A DNA stretch of 40,000 nt. It comes from Rivularia sp. (in: cyanobacteria). GTDB taxonomy: Bacteria > Cyanobacteriota > Cyanobacteriia > Cyanobacteriales > Nostocaceae. The translations under genes and the position numbers were made by a program. Below, one piece after another: positions 18,265 through 28,576 of the stretch. The stretch spans positions 183,929 through 223,928 of the forward strand of contig OZ245371.1 of the NCBI GenBank assembly GCA_965226665.1. The letters run 5' to 3'. Positions within the stretch are counted from its first letter, which is position 1. Every line of letters begins with the position of its first letter. Under the pieces are notes generated by a model. It made no database searches and had not been told where the DNA came from. It saw only the letters and a list, made by a program, of their open reading frames with translations.

Positions 18265-19992
18265 TTGAGCTTGAATCGGTCAAACTACTGGCAACTTTTA
18301 CCTTATATCCGTCCCCAATCGCAAGTTATCGCCAAGGGTTTTGTGGGAATTATCGGATATGTTATCGCAACATTGGGATTAATTAAGCTTGTAGAAGAGT
18401 TAGCAACTCCCTTTGGACAAGGAAATGTTTTAGAGATAGCCAAACTTGCGGTTATTTTAGCGGGAGTTTTCTTAGTTAGGGGATTTTTCCAATCAGTACA
18501 AGATATCTACATGGCAAAAGCTGCTTTAAGAGTAGCTTATAATCTCCGCAAGCAAGTTTACGCTCATCTCCAAAAGTTGAACCTCAGCTACTTTGAAACT
18601 GCCAAAGCTGGGGATTTATCTTACCGGCTTACCGAAGATGTGGATAGAGTCGGGGAAGTTGTCCACAAGATGTTTCACGATTTTATCCCTTCATCTTTGC
18701 AACTAGTTTCCATCCCCATATACATGATTTACCTGAGTTGGCAACTAACTTTAGCTACATTAATTATTGCTCCCTTGATGGGAGTGTTGATTGCTTGGTT
18801 TGGCGATCGCTTACAAAAGTTATCTCGTCGCAGTCAAAATCATGTATCTGATTTATCGGCAATTTTAACTGAGGTATTTGGTGGAATCCGCATTATTCAA
18901 GCGTTTGCGGCTGAAGATTACGAAGTTGCTCGGTTTAGTAAGGAAGCGGAAGGTACATTAAAAGCTAAGTATAATACGGAAAGATTAAAAGCGATTCAAA
19001 TTCCCATTATCGGATTTTTACAGGCATTAAGTTTTTTATTATTATTGTTTTTTGCAGCTTGGCAGATTTCTATAGAAAATATTACAGTTGGAACGTTTTT
19101 TAGTTATCTCTCAGCAGCAGCTTTATTAATCGATCCTGTAGGACATACTACTAATAACTATAATTTATTTAAGGAAGGGGAAGCTTCTGTAGACAGAGTT
19201 TTTGAATTATTAGCAATTAAACCAGCAGTAGTTGAGAAAACAGACGCAATAATTCTTCCCAGAGTTACGGGTAAGGTAGAATATCGCAACGTTAGCTTTG
19301 CGTATGAAGCAGATAAACCCATAATTCAAAACGTTGATTTATTAGCAATGCCGGGAGAAGCAATCGCTCTAGTTGGTGCTTCGGGTGCTGGTAAAACTAC
19401 ATTTGTCAATCTTTTACCACGCTTTTATGATACCCAATTCGGTCAAATATTAATCGATGGAGTTAATATAAAAGATGTTACGTTAAATAGTTTGCGAAGA
19501 CAAATTGGTATAGTACCCCAAGAAACCATTATGTTTTCCGGTACGATAGCTGGGAATATTGCTTTCGGACAAACCGAATTTGAGATGAAAGCCGTTGAGG
19601 AAGCAGCGAAAATTGCTAACGCACACGATTTTATCAGTCAAATGCCCGATGGATATTATACAGTAGTTGGGGAACGCGGTGCAAAACTATCTGGTGGACA
19701 AAGACAAAGAATTGCGATCGCGCGTGCTGTATTATTAAATCCGAGAATTTTGATATTAGATGAAGCGACATCTGCTTTAGATTCGGAATCGGAAGCATTA
19801 GTACAGGAAGCTTTGGAAAGATTGATGGTAAATCGCACGGTGTTTATAATAGCTCACCGTTTGAGTACCGTGAGGAAATGCGATCGAATTTTAGTTATGG
19901 AACATGGGGAAGTTGTGGAATCGGGAACCCATGATGAATTGTTAGCTTTTGAGCGTCGGTATGCCAGATTTTATGCAAGGCAGTTTAGTTAA
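18265..19992 (+). CDS. ABC transporter, fused permease/ATP-binding protein (MsbA-like exporter)
   Basis: Six-helix N-terminal domain, Walker A GASGAGKTT, signature LSGGQRQR, Walker B ILILDEATSALD. The start is TTG. Confidence 0.85.
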   Translation: MSLNRSNYWQLLPYIRPQSQVIAKGFVGIIGYVIATLGLIKLVEELATPFGQGNVLEIAKLAVILAGVFLVRGFFQSVQDIYMAKAALRVAYNLRKQVYAHLQKLNLSYFETAKAGDLSYRLTEDVDRVGEVVHKMFHDFIPSSLQLVSIPIYMIYLSWQLTLATLIIAPLMGVLIAWFGDRLQKLSRRSQNHVSDLSAILTEVFGGIRIIQAFAAEDYEVARFSKEAEGTLKAKYNTERLKAIQIPIIGFLQALSFLLLLFFAAWQISIENITVGTFFSYLSAAALLIDPVGHTTNNYNLFKEGEASVDRVFELLAIKPAVVEKTDAIILPRVTGKVEYRNVSFAYEADKPIIQNVDLLAMPGEAIALVGASGAGKTTFVNLLPRFYDTQFGQILIDGVNIKDVTLNSLRRQIGIVPQETIMFSGTIAGNIAFGQTEFEMKAVEEAAKIANAHDFISQMPDGYYTVVGERGAKLSGGQRQRIAIARAVLLNPRILILDEATSALDSESEALVQEALERLMVNRTVFIIAHRLSTVRKCDRILVMEHGEVVESGTHDELLAFERRYARFYARQFS

Positions 19993-20205
19993 GATAATGG
20001 TTTTTTATAATTAAATATAATTTTTTATTTCAAGTACTAATTTGCATTTTACCGATAAAAATTGAATATTATTCATGCTTTAACAGTCTGAATCAAAGCT
20101 AATTAATGATTAAAAATATTAGATAGCTTTGATTTATAAAATTTGTTGTCAAAAATATTTTTATGCATTAGATTAAATGTATATAATAAAACAATTTTTA
20201 TCCAG

Positions 20206-21063
20206 ATGTGTGATTTAACAAAAGTTGAGAAAATAAAACTACGTAAACTTTTTGCAGCAAGCAATGGTTCTGTTCTAAAGTTTGATGATTGTGGTTTTGG
20301 ACAGTTCTTTTTATTAAATATTGAAATTGATATTTATGAAGATAAATATGCAGGATTAGGTCAATCTCAAGCTGCTAGATTAATGTCTTTTTGGAATAAA
20401 GAGAGTAATAACATAGTAGGAAAATCAATTTTAAAATTATTAAAAGAGTTAAAACACCAAAAAAGAGTATTTGAATCATCACCACTATATTGGTGTGGTT
20501 ATGAAGGAGACGAGATATTTGACTTTGACCAAAATTTGTTTAATGAATGTTCTCAGACAGCACAAAGACTTGTGGGAAACAGCGATGGAAACGAAAAAAT
20601 AACCTTACCAGAGGTATACTTTGAAAAAATAGAACAGGAAATCATTGAAGCAATAGATAATGCTGAATTTACTATTTGGGTAGCAGTAGCTTGGTTTACG
20701 AATCAAAAGCTATTTAACCAATTAGTAGCTAAAAAAAATCAAGGTGTAAACGTACAGCTTATTATTTTAGATGACAAAATTAATGAAAGTTCTGGGCTAA
20801 ATTATGAACGAGAATTTGAAACCTATAGATGTCCTAAATTTGGTAAATATAAAGATAATATTCTTCATGTAAAATTTTGCATTATAGATTTAAAAGAAGT
20901 AATTCATGGTTCTTATAACTGGACTAATAAAGCAAATTATCATGATGAATATATAGAAAACGATAAAAATCGTAAAAAGGCAGAACACTACGCAAAACAG
21001 TTTATTAAATTAAAAAATAAAGCAAAAAATCTAACCAATAGTATCGAGTCCTTTTATATATAA
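20206..21063 (+). CDS. PLD-like (single HKD motif, Nuc/PLDc_2-type) domain protein with an unassigned N-terminal domain
   Basis: LHVKFCIIDLKEVIHGSYNWT fits the HxK(x)4D...GSxN pattern. A TATAAT lies at 20181-20186 upstream of ATG 20206. The gene is markedly AT-rich. Confidence 0.65.
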   Translation: MCDLTKVEKIKLRKLFAASNGSVLKFDDCGFGQFFLLNIEIDIYEDKYAGLGQSQAARLMSFWNKESNNIVGKSILKLLKELKHQKRVFESSPLYWCGYEGDEIFDFDQNLFNECSQTAQRLVGNSDGNEKITLPEVYFEKIEQEIIEAIDNAEFTIWVAVAWFTNQKLFNQLVAKKNQGVNVQLIILDDKINESSGLNYEREFETYRCPKFGKYKDNILHVKFCIIDLKEVIHGSYNWTNKANYHDEYIENDKNRKKAEHYAKQFIKLKNKAKNLTNSIESFYI

Positions 21064-21200
21064 AATATCTCTCTTTACCTCTTCCTCTGTGCCCTCAGCA
21101 CGCCACTTGCTACAAGTCGGCGGCAGTCGCTACAACGGAGGGAACCTCCGCGCACGCCGCGCTGCCTTGGGAACCCGCCCAACGCAGTGGCTTGTCTAGT
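21064..21200. repeat. GC-rich dispersed repeat (shares the CAACGGAGGGAACCTCCGC core with 4170-4192)
   Basis: The 19-nt core is shared between the two sites, and the GC content contrasts sharply with the flanking DNA. Confidence 0.6.
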
Positions 21201-21297
21201 AAGGTTTTTATATCATATAGATGCTACCGGAAATAACCCAAGTTTCGATTAACTAACTTAGGTATAAACGAACATAACTCAACATAATAGTTGGGTT

Positions 21298-21948
21298 TCA
21301 CTCCGTTACACCCAACCTACTACTCACCCAACCCCGAAACGCTTTCATAACTTTATTTCTCCCCTCGCTTTTACTTCTTTCTAAATACTGAGGAATCATC
21401 TCACTCAAAGCAAAACCAGGAAAATGAGGACTTTCTTTCACTTGAATATATTTACCCTTTCGCAAAACATTAATTTCTAATTCCCTACCGTTAAACCTCC
21501 ACAATTCTCCTACACCCAAAACTTCGTAATTATCAAAACGAGTTCTTGACGTAAGATCAATTTCAAGAGCTATATCGGGTGGAGGATCTAAAGTTAAATC
21601 GATGCGCTTTTTCCCCCGAATTGCTGCTTCGTTTTCAATATAGAAACAATCATCCGCTTCTATACCCCGCTGCATAGCTTCACTTTTAAAAGTTGTCGAT
21701 CCTAAACTCCTAAATTCAATATCAAGTTCTTCTAGAAGCACCTTTACCAAGTCAGCAATTATGACTTTATCATCTTCATGCTCCGGTAAGGGAACCATGA
21801 TTTCTAAAACTCCCCCACTGTAATTAATCCGGGAACCCCGTTTTTCTCCAAATTCTTCTAAAAGTTGCTCGTACATCAACCAGCTAACATCAGTCATTAT
21901 AAGTTGTTGTCCTGGAGGAACTACAATTTGTTCGAGTTGTACTTGCAT
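21298..21948 (-). CDS. Uma2 family (DUF820) putative endonuclease
   Basis: Typical Uma2 layout: ...YSGGVLEIMVPLPEHE..., then ...PPDIALEIDLTS... and GVGELWRF. The last ~10 codons overlap a GTTGGGT...ACCCAACCTAC repeat fragment. Confidence 0.85.
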   Translation of the reverse strand: MQVQLEQIVVPPGQQLIMTDVSWLMYEQLLEEFGEKRGSRINYSGGVLEIMVPLPEHEDDKVIIADLVKVLLEELDIEFRSLGSTTFKSEAMQRGIEADDCFYIENEAAIRGKKRIDLTLDPPPDIALEIDLTSRTRFDNYEVLGVGELWRFNGRELEINVLRKGKYIQVKESPHFPGFALSEMIPQYLERSKSEGRNKVMKAFRGWVSSRLGVTE

Positions 21949-22010
21949 AGTTTCCTTCCCCGGAGAGTTTTAACTTACTAATATTGTAAAAAGAATTTTT
22001 GAATTTTAAT

Positions 22011-22541
22011 TTACCTTTTAGTCATAGCGATCGCCATATTAACCCTAAGCTGGGGTAGCTCACCCAAAGTAAGTAAAACATCTTCTACGGATAAAACAAG
22101 CGGTAGCTCATCACCCACACATACCCAAATTTGTTGACGAGTTATATCTATTAACCAAGCCAGTTGAGTTCCATTGCTCAAACAGTGGAGAATTTTATTC
22201 TGTAAATCTATAGTACTTTGGTTGAGAGAACGAATTTCAATTGACCAATCCGGCGCTCCTTCAAAGGCTCCATCTTCATCGGAAAATCTTTCGCAAGCAA
22301 TTACAGAGATATCTGGTACTGAGGAGTAGGGAGGTACAATACACTGTAATTCTTGTATCGCTTCAAACTGCTCGGTATTATTATTGATGTAATTTACAAT
22401 CTGGCGTTGCAACCGCGAGTGGAAAAGAGTTGGCATCGGTTTTTGTCGCACTTCCCCATTAATAAACTCCCACGCAGGAGAAGCCTCAATATTAGGTTAA
22501 GCAAGAAATTCTTCTAAAGATATTGTGGCAACTGATTTCAT
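22011..22541 (-). pseudogene. Uma2 family endonuclease with an in-frame TAA at codon 15 (22497-22499)
   Basis: ATG at 22541 gives MKSVATISLEEFLA*PNIEASPAWEFINGEVRQKPMPTLFHS..., which is continuous Uma2-like sequence across the stop. The computed ORF restarts at GTG 22451. Confidence 0.65.
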
Positions 22542-22993
22542 TCCCCATACACTAATCCCCACTCAATAATTACCGAGTGAGGATTAATTCTATATTCAAC
22601 TAAATTCCGTTTAATCATAACTTTTCTCCAAAGGAACAAAATTATGATAAACTTCATATTACGTTCGCCTCTAAAATCGAACGCAAAGACGAAACCCCTG
22701 AACTTAATACAGGGAACATCTACCTTCCTTCCTAAATAATCCCAAGAAATTACTATTCTTGAGTTGATTCTATTTGAATCTAAACTTCTGCAATATTAAC
22801 CTTTTAACAATTTCTATTGCTGATACAAATGATACCAAATAAAAGTAACATGAGGTTGTATCATTACCGTTATATAAGTTTTATTTACTCAATCGGCAAT
22901 TATAATAAGAAAAACTGTAATTTAATTTGAATATTTACCGTTAGACGATATAGGCTATCAAGCATAGATAGATATTAAGCGCGAAAAAATTCT

Positions 22994-23782
22994 ATGCAGC
23001 AGTCTAATAACAATTCTGGAGATACTCTACGGCAACTTGTAACCTTAGCTGCTGTAGTAGTTGCTTTTATCGTCAATGTTTTATCAAATATTTTTCCACT
23101 TAACGGACTTACCATTGGCGGAATATCTAATACTTTATTCAAAGACGTTTTAATAATTCCCGCTAATTATGCTTTTGCCATCTGGGGTTTAATTTACCTG
23201 GGATTATTCGCTTTCGCAATTTATCAAGTCTTACCTTCCCAACGAGAAAATACCAATTTACGCAAAACCGGATATTTATTAACTATTGCATCCCTTGCTC
23301 AAAGTATTTGGGTGTATCTATTTTTATCCCGGTTTTTTGTCGCTTCGGTTGTAGCAATGCTGTTAATTTTATTACCGTTAATTTTCATGTATTTGCGCTT
23401 GGAAATTAGAATTACACCAGCATCACGTGCCGAAAAATGGTTTATTAGCTACCCAATTAGCATTTATCTTGGTTGGATAAGCGTTGCGACTATCGTTAAT
23501 ATCGCAAGTGCTTTGTATATCAATAATTGGAATGGCTTCGGTATTTCCGCAGAAGTATGGACTGCAATTATGGTAATTATCGCCACACTCGTAGCTGCGA
23601 TCGCACTTCTTCAACGTCAAGATTTTGCTTATAGTGGTGTAACTTTATGGGCATTAATTGCTATTACAGTCAAACATTGGGAAAATCCAATTTTGAACCG
23701 AGCAGCATTATTATCTGCTTTCGTGCTAGTTGCGATCGGCTTATTCTCAAACTTTACCCAATCGAAGGAAAAAGTTAAATAA
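22994..23782 (+). CDS. polytopic membrane protein, TspO/MBR-related (tentative)
   Basis: 262 aa with about 7 hydrophobic segments and Trp-rich loops. It resembles cyanobacterial proteins usually annotated as tryptophan-rich sensory protein. The assignment is from memory. Confidence 0.45.
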   Translation: MQQSNNNSGDTLRQLVTLAAVVVAFIVNVLSNIFPLNGLTIGGISNTLFKDVLIIPANYAFAIWGLIYLGLFAFAIYQVLPSQRENTNLRKTGYLLTIASLAQSIWVYLFLSRFFVASVVAMLLILLPLIFMYLRLEIRITPASRAEKWFISYPISIYLGWISVATIVNIASALYINNWNGFGISAEVWTAIMVIIATLVAAIALLQRQDFAYSGVTLWALIAITVKHWENPILNRAALLSAFVLVAIGLFSNFTQSKEKVK

Positions 23783-23792
23783 ATATTAATTC

Positions 23793-23830
23793 TTAACTCC
23801 TAACTCCTAACTCTCAACTCCTAACTCCTA
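23793..23830. repeat. STRR-type heptamer array (TAACTCC units)
   Basis: Read directly. It overlaps the stop codon of the cytochrome gene. Confidence 0.8.
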
Positions 23831-24217
23831 AATCGATTCTAAGTAACTCAATAAATCCGCCATTTCCTCAACGTTAGGCTGGAATTTTGGCATAGGGGGC
23901 GTATCTCCGCTAATTACTTGATGAATTAGCCCATAACGGGATTTACGTTTAGATACCGCTTCTAGAGAAGGACCTATACTTCCCGTAGCTTCCAAGCCGT
24001 GACAGCCAGCGCAGTTGATCTGAAAAATTGCGTGTCCTTGAACGGGGTTGCCTGGTTTAGAGAGTACATTTTTAATATAGGGGTCAGAAGTTCTTACCAT
24101 ATTTACAGCAAAAATGCCTAATAGGATTGCTAGCAAAATCGCTAACGAAAAGAACGCGATTCGCCCTATTAGAGTGTCCGGTTTGATAATCTGGTTATCC
24201 AAAAGGTTTGCTGTCAA
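23828..24217 (-). CDS. membrane-anchored c-type cytochrome (CytM-like; tentative)
   Basis: Heme-binding CAGCH motif, a downstream PPMP with a candidate Met ligand, and one N-terminal transmembrane helix. The start is TTG. Confidence 0.7.
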   Translation of the reverse strand: MTANLLDNQIIKPDTLIGRIAFFSLAILLAILLGIFAVNMVRTSDPYIKNVLSKPGNPVQGHAIFQINCAGCHGLEATGSIGPSLEAVSKRKSRYGLIHQVISGDTPPMPKFQPNVEEMADLLSYLESI

Positions 24218-24410
24218 AGTCGGTGTCTACAAAAAATATTTCATTTCCTACACATAGCTTAAAAGTTCTTGACTGTCTGTGCAAGCACCAATCGTCATTT
24301 TCTTCACCCAAAAGATGGCTCTAATTCTTTATAGGAGCGCTGTTTGCCAACTCTTGATGGTAAAATGATTTTAGTAAACAAATATGAAAAATTGCAATAA
24401 GGAGGCGACT

Positions 24411-24524
24411 ATGGTTGAACCTTTACTTGATGGTATGGTTCTAGGTTTAGTTTTTGTTACTTTAGCTGGTTTATTTTATAAAGCTTACGAACAGTACAAA
24501 CGTGGTAACGAACTCGGACTTTAA
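24411..24524 (+). CDS. petG: cytochrome b6-f complex subunit 5 (PetG); not in the supplied ORF track
   Basis: I translated [37 protein letters not shown] (37 aa), which closely matches the conserved PetG sequence. An AAGGAGG RBS lies at 24399-24405. Confidence 0.9.
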   Translation: MVEPLLDGMVLGLVFVTLAGLFYKAYEQYKRGNELGL

Positions 24525-24640
24525 TAGTTACCAGTGACCAGTTAATTAATCTTCTTAGAAGACTTTGCTGTTAATATACGGTCATTTGATTGATTATTGA
24601 TTGGACATAAAAGTTCTAAAAATTAACTTCAAGCTAATTT

Positions 24641-24663
24641 AGTCCTCTTCGAGAGGACTTTTG
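24641..24663 (+). terminator. hairpin AGTCCTC-TTCGA-GAGGACT followed by TTTT; candidate petG terminator and part of a dispersed motif
   Basis: Perfect 7-bp stem followed by a T-run of only four. Similar hairpin+TTTGCT.TTAATA motifs occur at 24541-24580 and 7018-7050. Confidence 0.4.
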
Positions 24664-24761
24664 CTATTAATACTATAAATATATTCTTAAACTTTAATAA
24701 AAGTATTACTTAGAAAGTTTTTTATATAAAAATATACTGGCAACTGCTCACTGCTCACTGC

Positions 24762-25301
24762 TCACTGATAACTGTAAAAACTCACAGCAGTATTACCATA
24801 AAATTTTTGACGGCATATTTCCCAATTAAGAATTTGTGGTGGTGTCCATAATTTGGGATTATGTTCTACTGCAATTTCTCCATTGATATCTAGAATCCGA
24901 TCCCGAGCAATGGCTTCTAAAACTGGCTCGTATAAATCGCTTGCATAAGGTGGATCGAAATAAATTTTGTCAAACTGCTGTTCGCGAAGTTTGGGCAGAT
25001 GCTGTAATATATCTCCTTGCAAAAGTTTCCATTCTTGTTCGGAACTTGCTAAGGGTTGCCAATTTTGTTTTATGATACCGCAGGCAGTCTTCGACTTTTC
25101 AACACCAACTACAAGGCTAGCTCCTCGACACAAGGCTTCCGCACCCATAGAACCCGTTCCGGTGCATAAATCTAACCAGCGACAATCTGCAATTCTTCCC
25201 TGCCAAATATTAAATATGGCTTCTCTTACCCGTGCTTGAGTAGGTCTGGTTTGCTTCCCTGGTAATGTTTTTAACTGACGATTTCCGTAAATTCTTAGCA
25301 A
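24762..25301 (-). CDS. rsmD: 16S rRNA (guanine966-N2)-methyltransferase
   Basis: N-terminal segment RIYGNRQLKTLPG..TRPTQARVREAIFN, SAM motif LDLCTGTGSMG, catalytic DPPY. The stop lies in a CTGCTCA heptamer array. Confidence 0.85.
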   Translation of the reverse strand: MLRIYGNRQLKTLPGKQTRPTQARVREAIFNIWQGRIADCRWLDLCTGTGSMGAEALCRGASLVVGVEKSKTACGIIKQNWQPLASSEQEWKLLQGDILQHLPKLREQQFDKIYFDPPYASDLYEPVLEAIARDRILDINGEIAVEHNPKLWTPPQILNWEICRQKFYGNTAVSFYSYQ

Positions 25302-25456
25302 AATAATTTTCGTGTCGTTGAGTATTTTAGCGACAAAAGTACCCTTTACTGCTAAATATTGAATATAGCAGAAAACACGAATTGAGTTGTTAGATCATAC
25401 CAGAATTGTTTGCATTGGCAATTAAATGTAGGATACGAAGGCAATTATCTAACAGC

Positions 25457-26093
25457 TTAAACGGCTATCTTTTCACGCACCTGAGAGACGAAATTAGAAA
25501 GTATTTGTAGCCCGACATTAGAGGATTTTTCGGGGTGAAACTGAACTGCGGTGACATTATCATAAGCAACGGCAGCAGTTACAGTTTGACTACCATGAGT
25601 TACGGTTGCAGCCCGTACTTTTTTTTCTACTGGATCGACGTAGAAAGAATGAACAAAGTATACCCAAGGTTGGGGGGGTAAATGCTCCCACAAAAGACTC
25701 CTTTGCTGAGTTATTTCTAATTGATTCCAACCCATGTGAGGAATTCTTATTTCTGAGGATGCACGAAAACGCTTCACTTTTCCCGGAATAATTCCCAATC
25801 CATTTTCAACTCCTTCCTCAGACGATTCAAAGAGAATTTGCATTCCCAGACATATTCCTAAGAAAGGTTTACCGCTGTAGATGACATTCTTTATTGGTTC
25901 AATCAAACCTCGCGATCGCAAAGAAAGCATTGCTGGGGTCGAATGCACCAACACCGGGTAATACAATAGCATTGGCTCTTTCTAAATCTTTTGGAGAACT
26001 TGTAACTTTGGGAGTTGCACCAGCTCTTTCTAAAGCTTTACAAACTGAGTGCAAATTTCCCATGTCATAATCAATTACTGCAATTACCGCCAT
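25457..26093 (-). pseudogene. hisH: imidazole glycerol phosphate synthase, glutamine amidotransferase subunit HisH, split by one frameshift at a G4 run (25935-25938)
   Basis: ORF 25899..26093 gives [17 protein letters not shown]...[12 protein letters not shown] 25457..25972 gives ...[29 protein letters not shown]. Removing one C from minus-strand GACCCCAGCA gives GAFDPAMLSL. Confidence 0.85.
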
Positions 26094-26865
26094 AACCTAC
26101 TCCCGATAAATTTATAGATGGAGGGTGTTTCTATTTTAAATAATAAATTTTAGCAAGGCAAAGATTGTTATTTACTTCCGAACAAATTTTGGCTTATACG
26201 TTACAAATAAATTTGTTCTGAACAATTCCTGCTTAAAATTGCTTTACATTGTTAGATTATCTCGTTGATTTGCAAATCCTGCATTGACTTACCTATAAAA
26301 TTACAACTTGTTAGTTTAAGAGAAATTAAAGAACAGTGAACTTTTAACTCTATGCTATTCTAAGCGGCTCAATGATGCAAAGTAATAAGCCATTGATTTC
26401 AAAAATTAAGTGGTAAAAATAGTAAAACTTACGTCTTCAGCTTGCTTTTTTTTGAGACTTGAAGGGATATAAACCCTTACAACATATCTACTATTGCCTA
26501 ATTTTTAAATCAGCATCTAATAATTACTATAGTACAGATATATTGCCGTTTTAGTAAATAATATAGATTTGTACAAACTGTGTTGCATACAACTGTTGAT
26601 TCAAAGCAATAAATCCTGGCATGGCAATTATGAATCGTTGACATCAAACACAGCTTTGGATAAATTTATTGTCCATCTATTTTATTATTCAATTTTGGAT
26701 AGCTGGCTCGTGCCTAAATTATTAGATGTTATATTTTGATTCAAGTTATTATTTTGACAAAAAAAAATGTCTTAAATTATTGTTAATTTGCGACTAATTA
26801 GAAGTCAGGTAGGCACTTTCATCAATATAAGTGCGTCTTTAATGAAACGAAAAAACTAAGAATAT

Positions 26866-28228
26866 ATGTTCTCATTATTACTCAATTTTACTATTGCTCA
26901 AACAACTACTCCTACCCCTCCACCTGTAGAAGTAGTTCAACCACAACAAGTACGCCCTTTACCAGGTAGACTTGATAATATTCCGGTTTTTAATAGCAAT
27001 AGTCCGGAATTAGTTCTCGAAGAAGGAATTCTGCTTTCGACATTTCAGGGAAGAGGAAAAAAAGTGCCCGACTCACACCTTAATTTCCCTTTTAAAGGAC
27101 GGTTTGATATATTTGCTCATCATGTTGCTAAAGCATCTAAACCTTCGGACTTAAGAACGTTATACCTGGGGATAATTCTGCACAATCCGACTTCGCAACC
27201 CGTTACGGTAAATGTATTAAATGCGGCCAGTTATTTGAGTCAACCGGATGCGCCATTTATTGATTTACCATCTCAAAAAACTAATTATTTTGGTACGGTA
27301 TTTTCTGGCCCTGGAAGTCGCGTTATGAGCGATATTCTTAGAAAACGCCGTCAATCGACTTTACCTTCTAAATTAATAATTCCACCAGGGGAAAGTCGCA
27401 TGATGATGAATGCACCCATTCCTGTTAAAGAATTAGAACCACCTATTAATGGACGTTCTACCTTAATGCGATTGTGGAGCAGTGACAAGGTATATGCTGC
27501 GAGTTTAGCAAAGTTTGCATCCACTGATACTGATGGAAACGAACGTGCCCCAACGTTACAGGAATGGCAGAATTTACTTAATAATGGTGATTTAGCAGGG
27601 ACCAAGAGATAAAGCTCCAACTCCACCCGAAGACATTAAAAAATCAATGATCTACGGTAGAGTATCGGGTGTTGCAAAAGGTTCTCAATGGAATTCTTTA
27701 TTAACGGATAGTCCTAAAAAAACCTATCTAACAATTCCTCAATCGGGTAAAGCTTTTTCCTACGGTATAGCTACCCTACATCGCGGCACATTAGGAACCA
27801 ACCAAATTCAAAGTGCCAAAATGTTAGCACGCTATCCCGATACCGCATATTACGCTCATGGCAACTATGGGATTTGGTACAGCTTGCAACTACCCTTATT
27901 AAATAAATCGGATGCACCGCAGACTGTCAAAGTATCATTGCAAACACCAATTAAAGAAGATAAATTAACTAAAGATGGTTTACGTTTCTTTAATAATCCA
28001 GATAAAAGAGTATTCTTTCGCGGTACGGTAAGGGTGCGTTACACGGATGAGAGAGGATTACCACGCACTCGCTACTTGCATTTAGTTCAAAATAGAGGTG
28101 AAAAAGGCAAACCTTTAACAATATTAAATATGAAACCAGGTGGTAAAAGACTTGTAGAAGTTGACTTACTCTATCCACCAGACGCGACACCACCGCAAGT
28201 ACTTACAATTCAAACGGAAGATAAATAA
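26866..28228 (+). pseudogene. conserved cyanobacterial protein (recalled as the DUF3370 family), split by a frameshift near 27596-27602
   Basis: ORFs 26866..27612 and 27647..28228 are consecutive. The second frame is open from 27596 (QGPRDKAPTPPEDIKKSMIYGR), so one nt near GGGACC joins them. Confidence 0.6.
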
Positions 28229-28237
28229 AATTTTCTC

Positions 28238-28307
28238 GTAGGGTGCTGTGACGGTTACGGTAATTTATGAACTGTAACGAAATTGTTCAAATTTACCGTC
28301 ACGCACC
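28238..28307. repeat. GTAGGGTGC-type hairpin repeat between convergent genes
   Basis: GGTGCTGTGACGGT (left arm) pairs with ACCGTCACGCACC (right arm). The same GTAGGGTG.G start occurs at 7722 and 9487. Confidence 0.6.
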
Positions 28308-28344
28308 AAACTAAATACTACTCTTATTACTGACAATGTTACCA

Positions 28345-28560
28345 TCAGGCAGGCGGAGTGTTATGTAGAATACAATCATCAACGTCGGCATCCCAAGCAG
28401 CAGTCAGATTAGCATCAGTCAAATCAACTCGCTCAAATACGACAGCATCTAAAAGTGCATTACTTAAATCAACACCTCTCCAGTTAGCATCCTCAATCGA
28501 GGAAGCATACAAATCAACACCACTGAGGTTGGCATAACTAAAATTAGTTCGTACCAACAA
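28345..28560 (-). CDS. short pentapeptide repeat protein or gene fragment (TTG start)
   Basis: 71 aa of A(D/N)LxX-type repeats. There is no convincing start or RBS. It abuts the IS element. Confidence 0.45.
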   Translation of the reverse strand: MLVRTNFSYANLSGVDLYASSIEDANWRGVDLSNALLDAVVFERVDLTDANLTAAWDADVDDCILHNTPPA

Positions 28561-28576
28561 AGTAGTGATTCAACTA

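Noticed and set aside
28345-28560. IS630 insertion having truncated the short pentapeptide gene
   Set aside because: Sequence on the far side of the proposed IS (30104 onward) is the rrn terminator, not pentapeptide coding sequence. A simple insertion into a longer gene is therefore not supported. The origin of the fragment remains unresolved.
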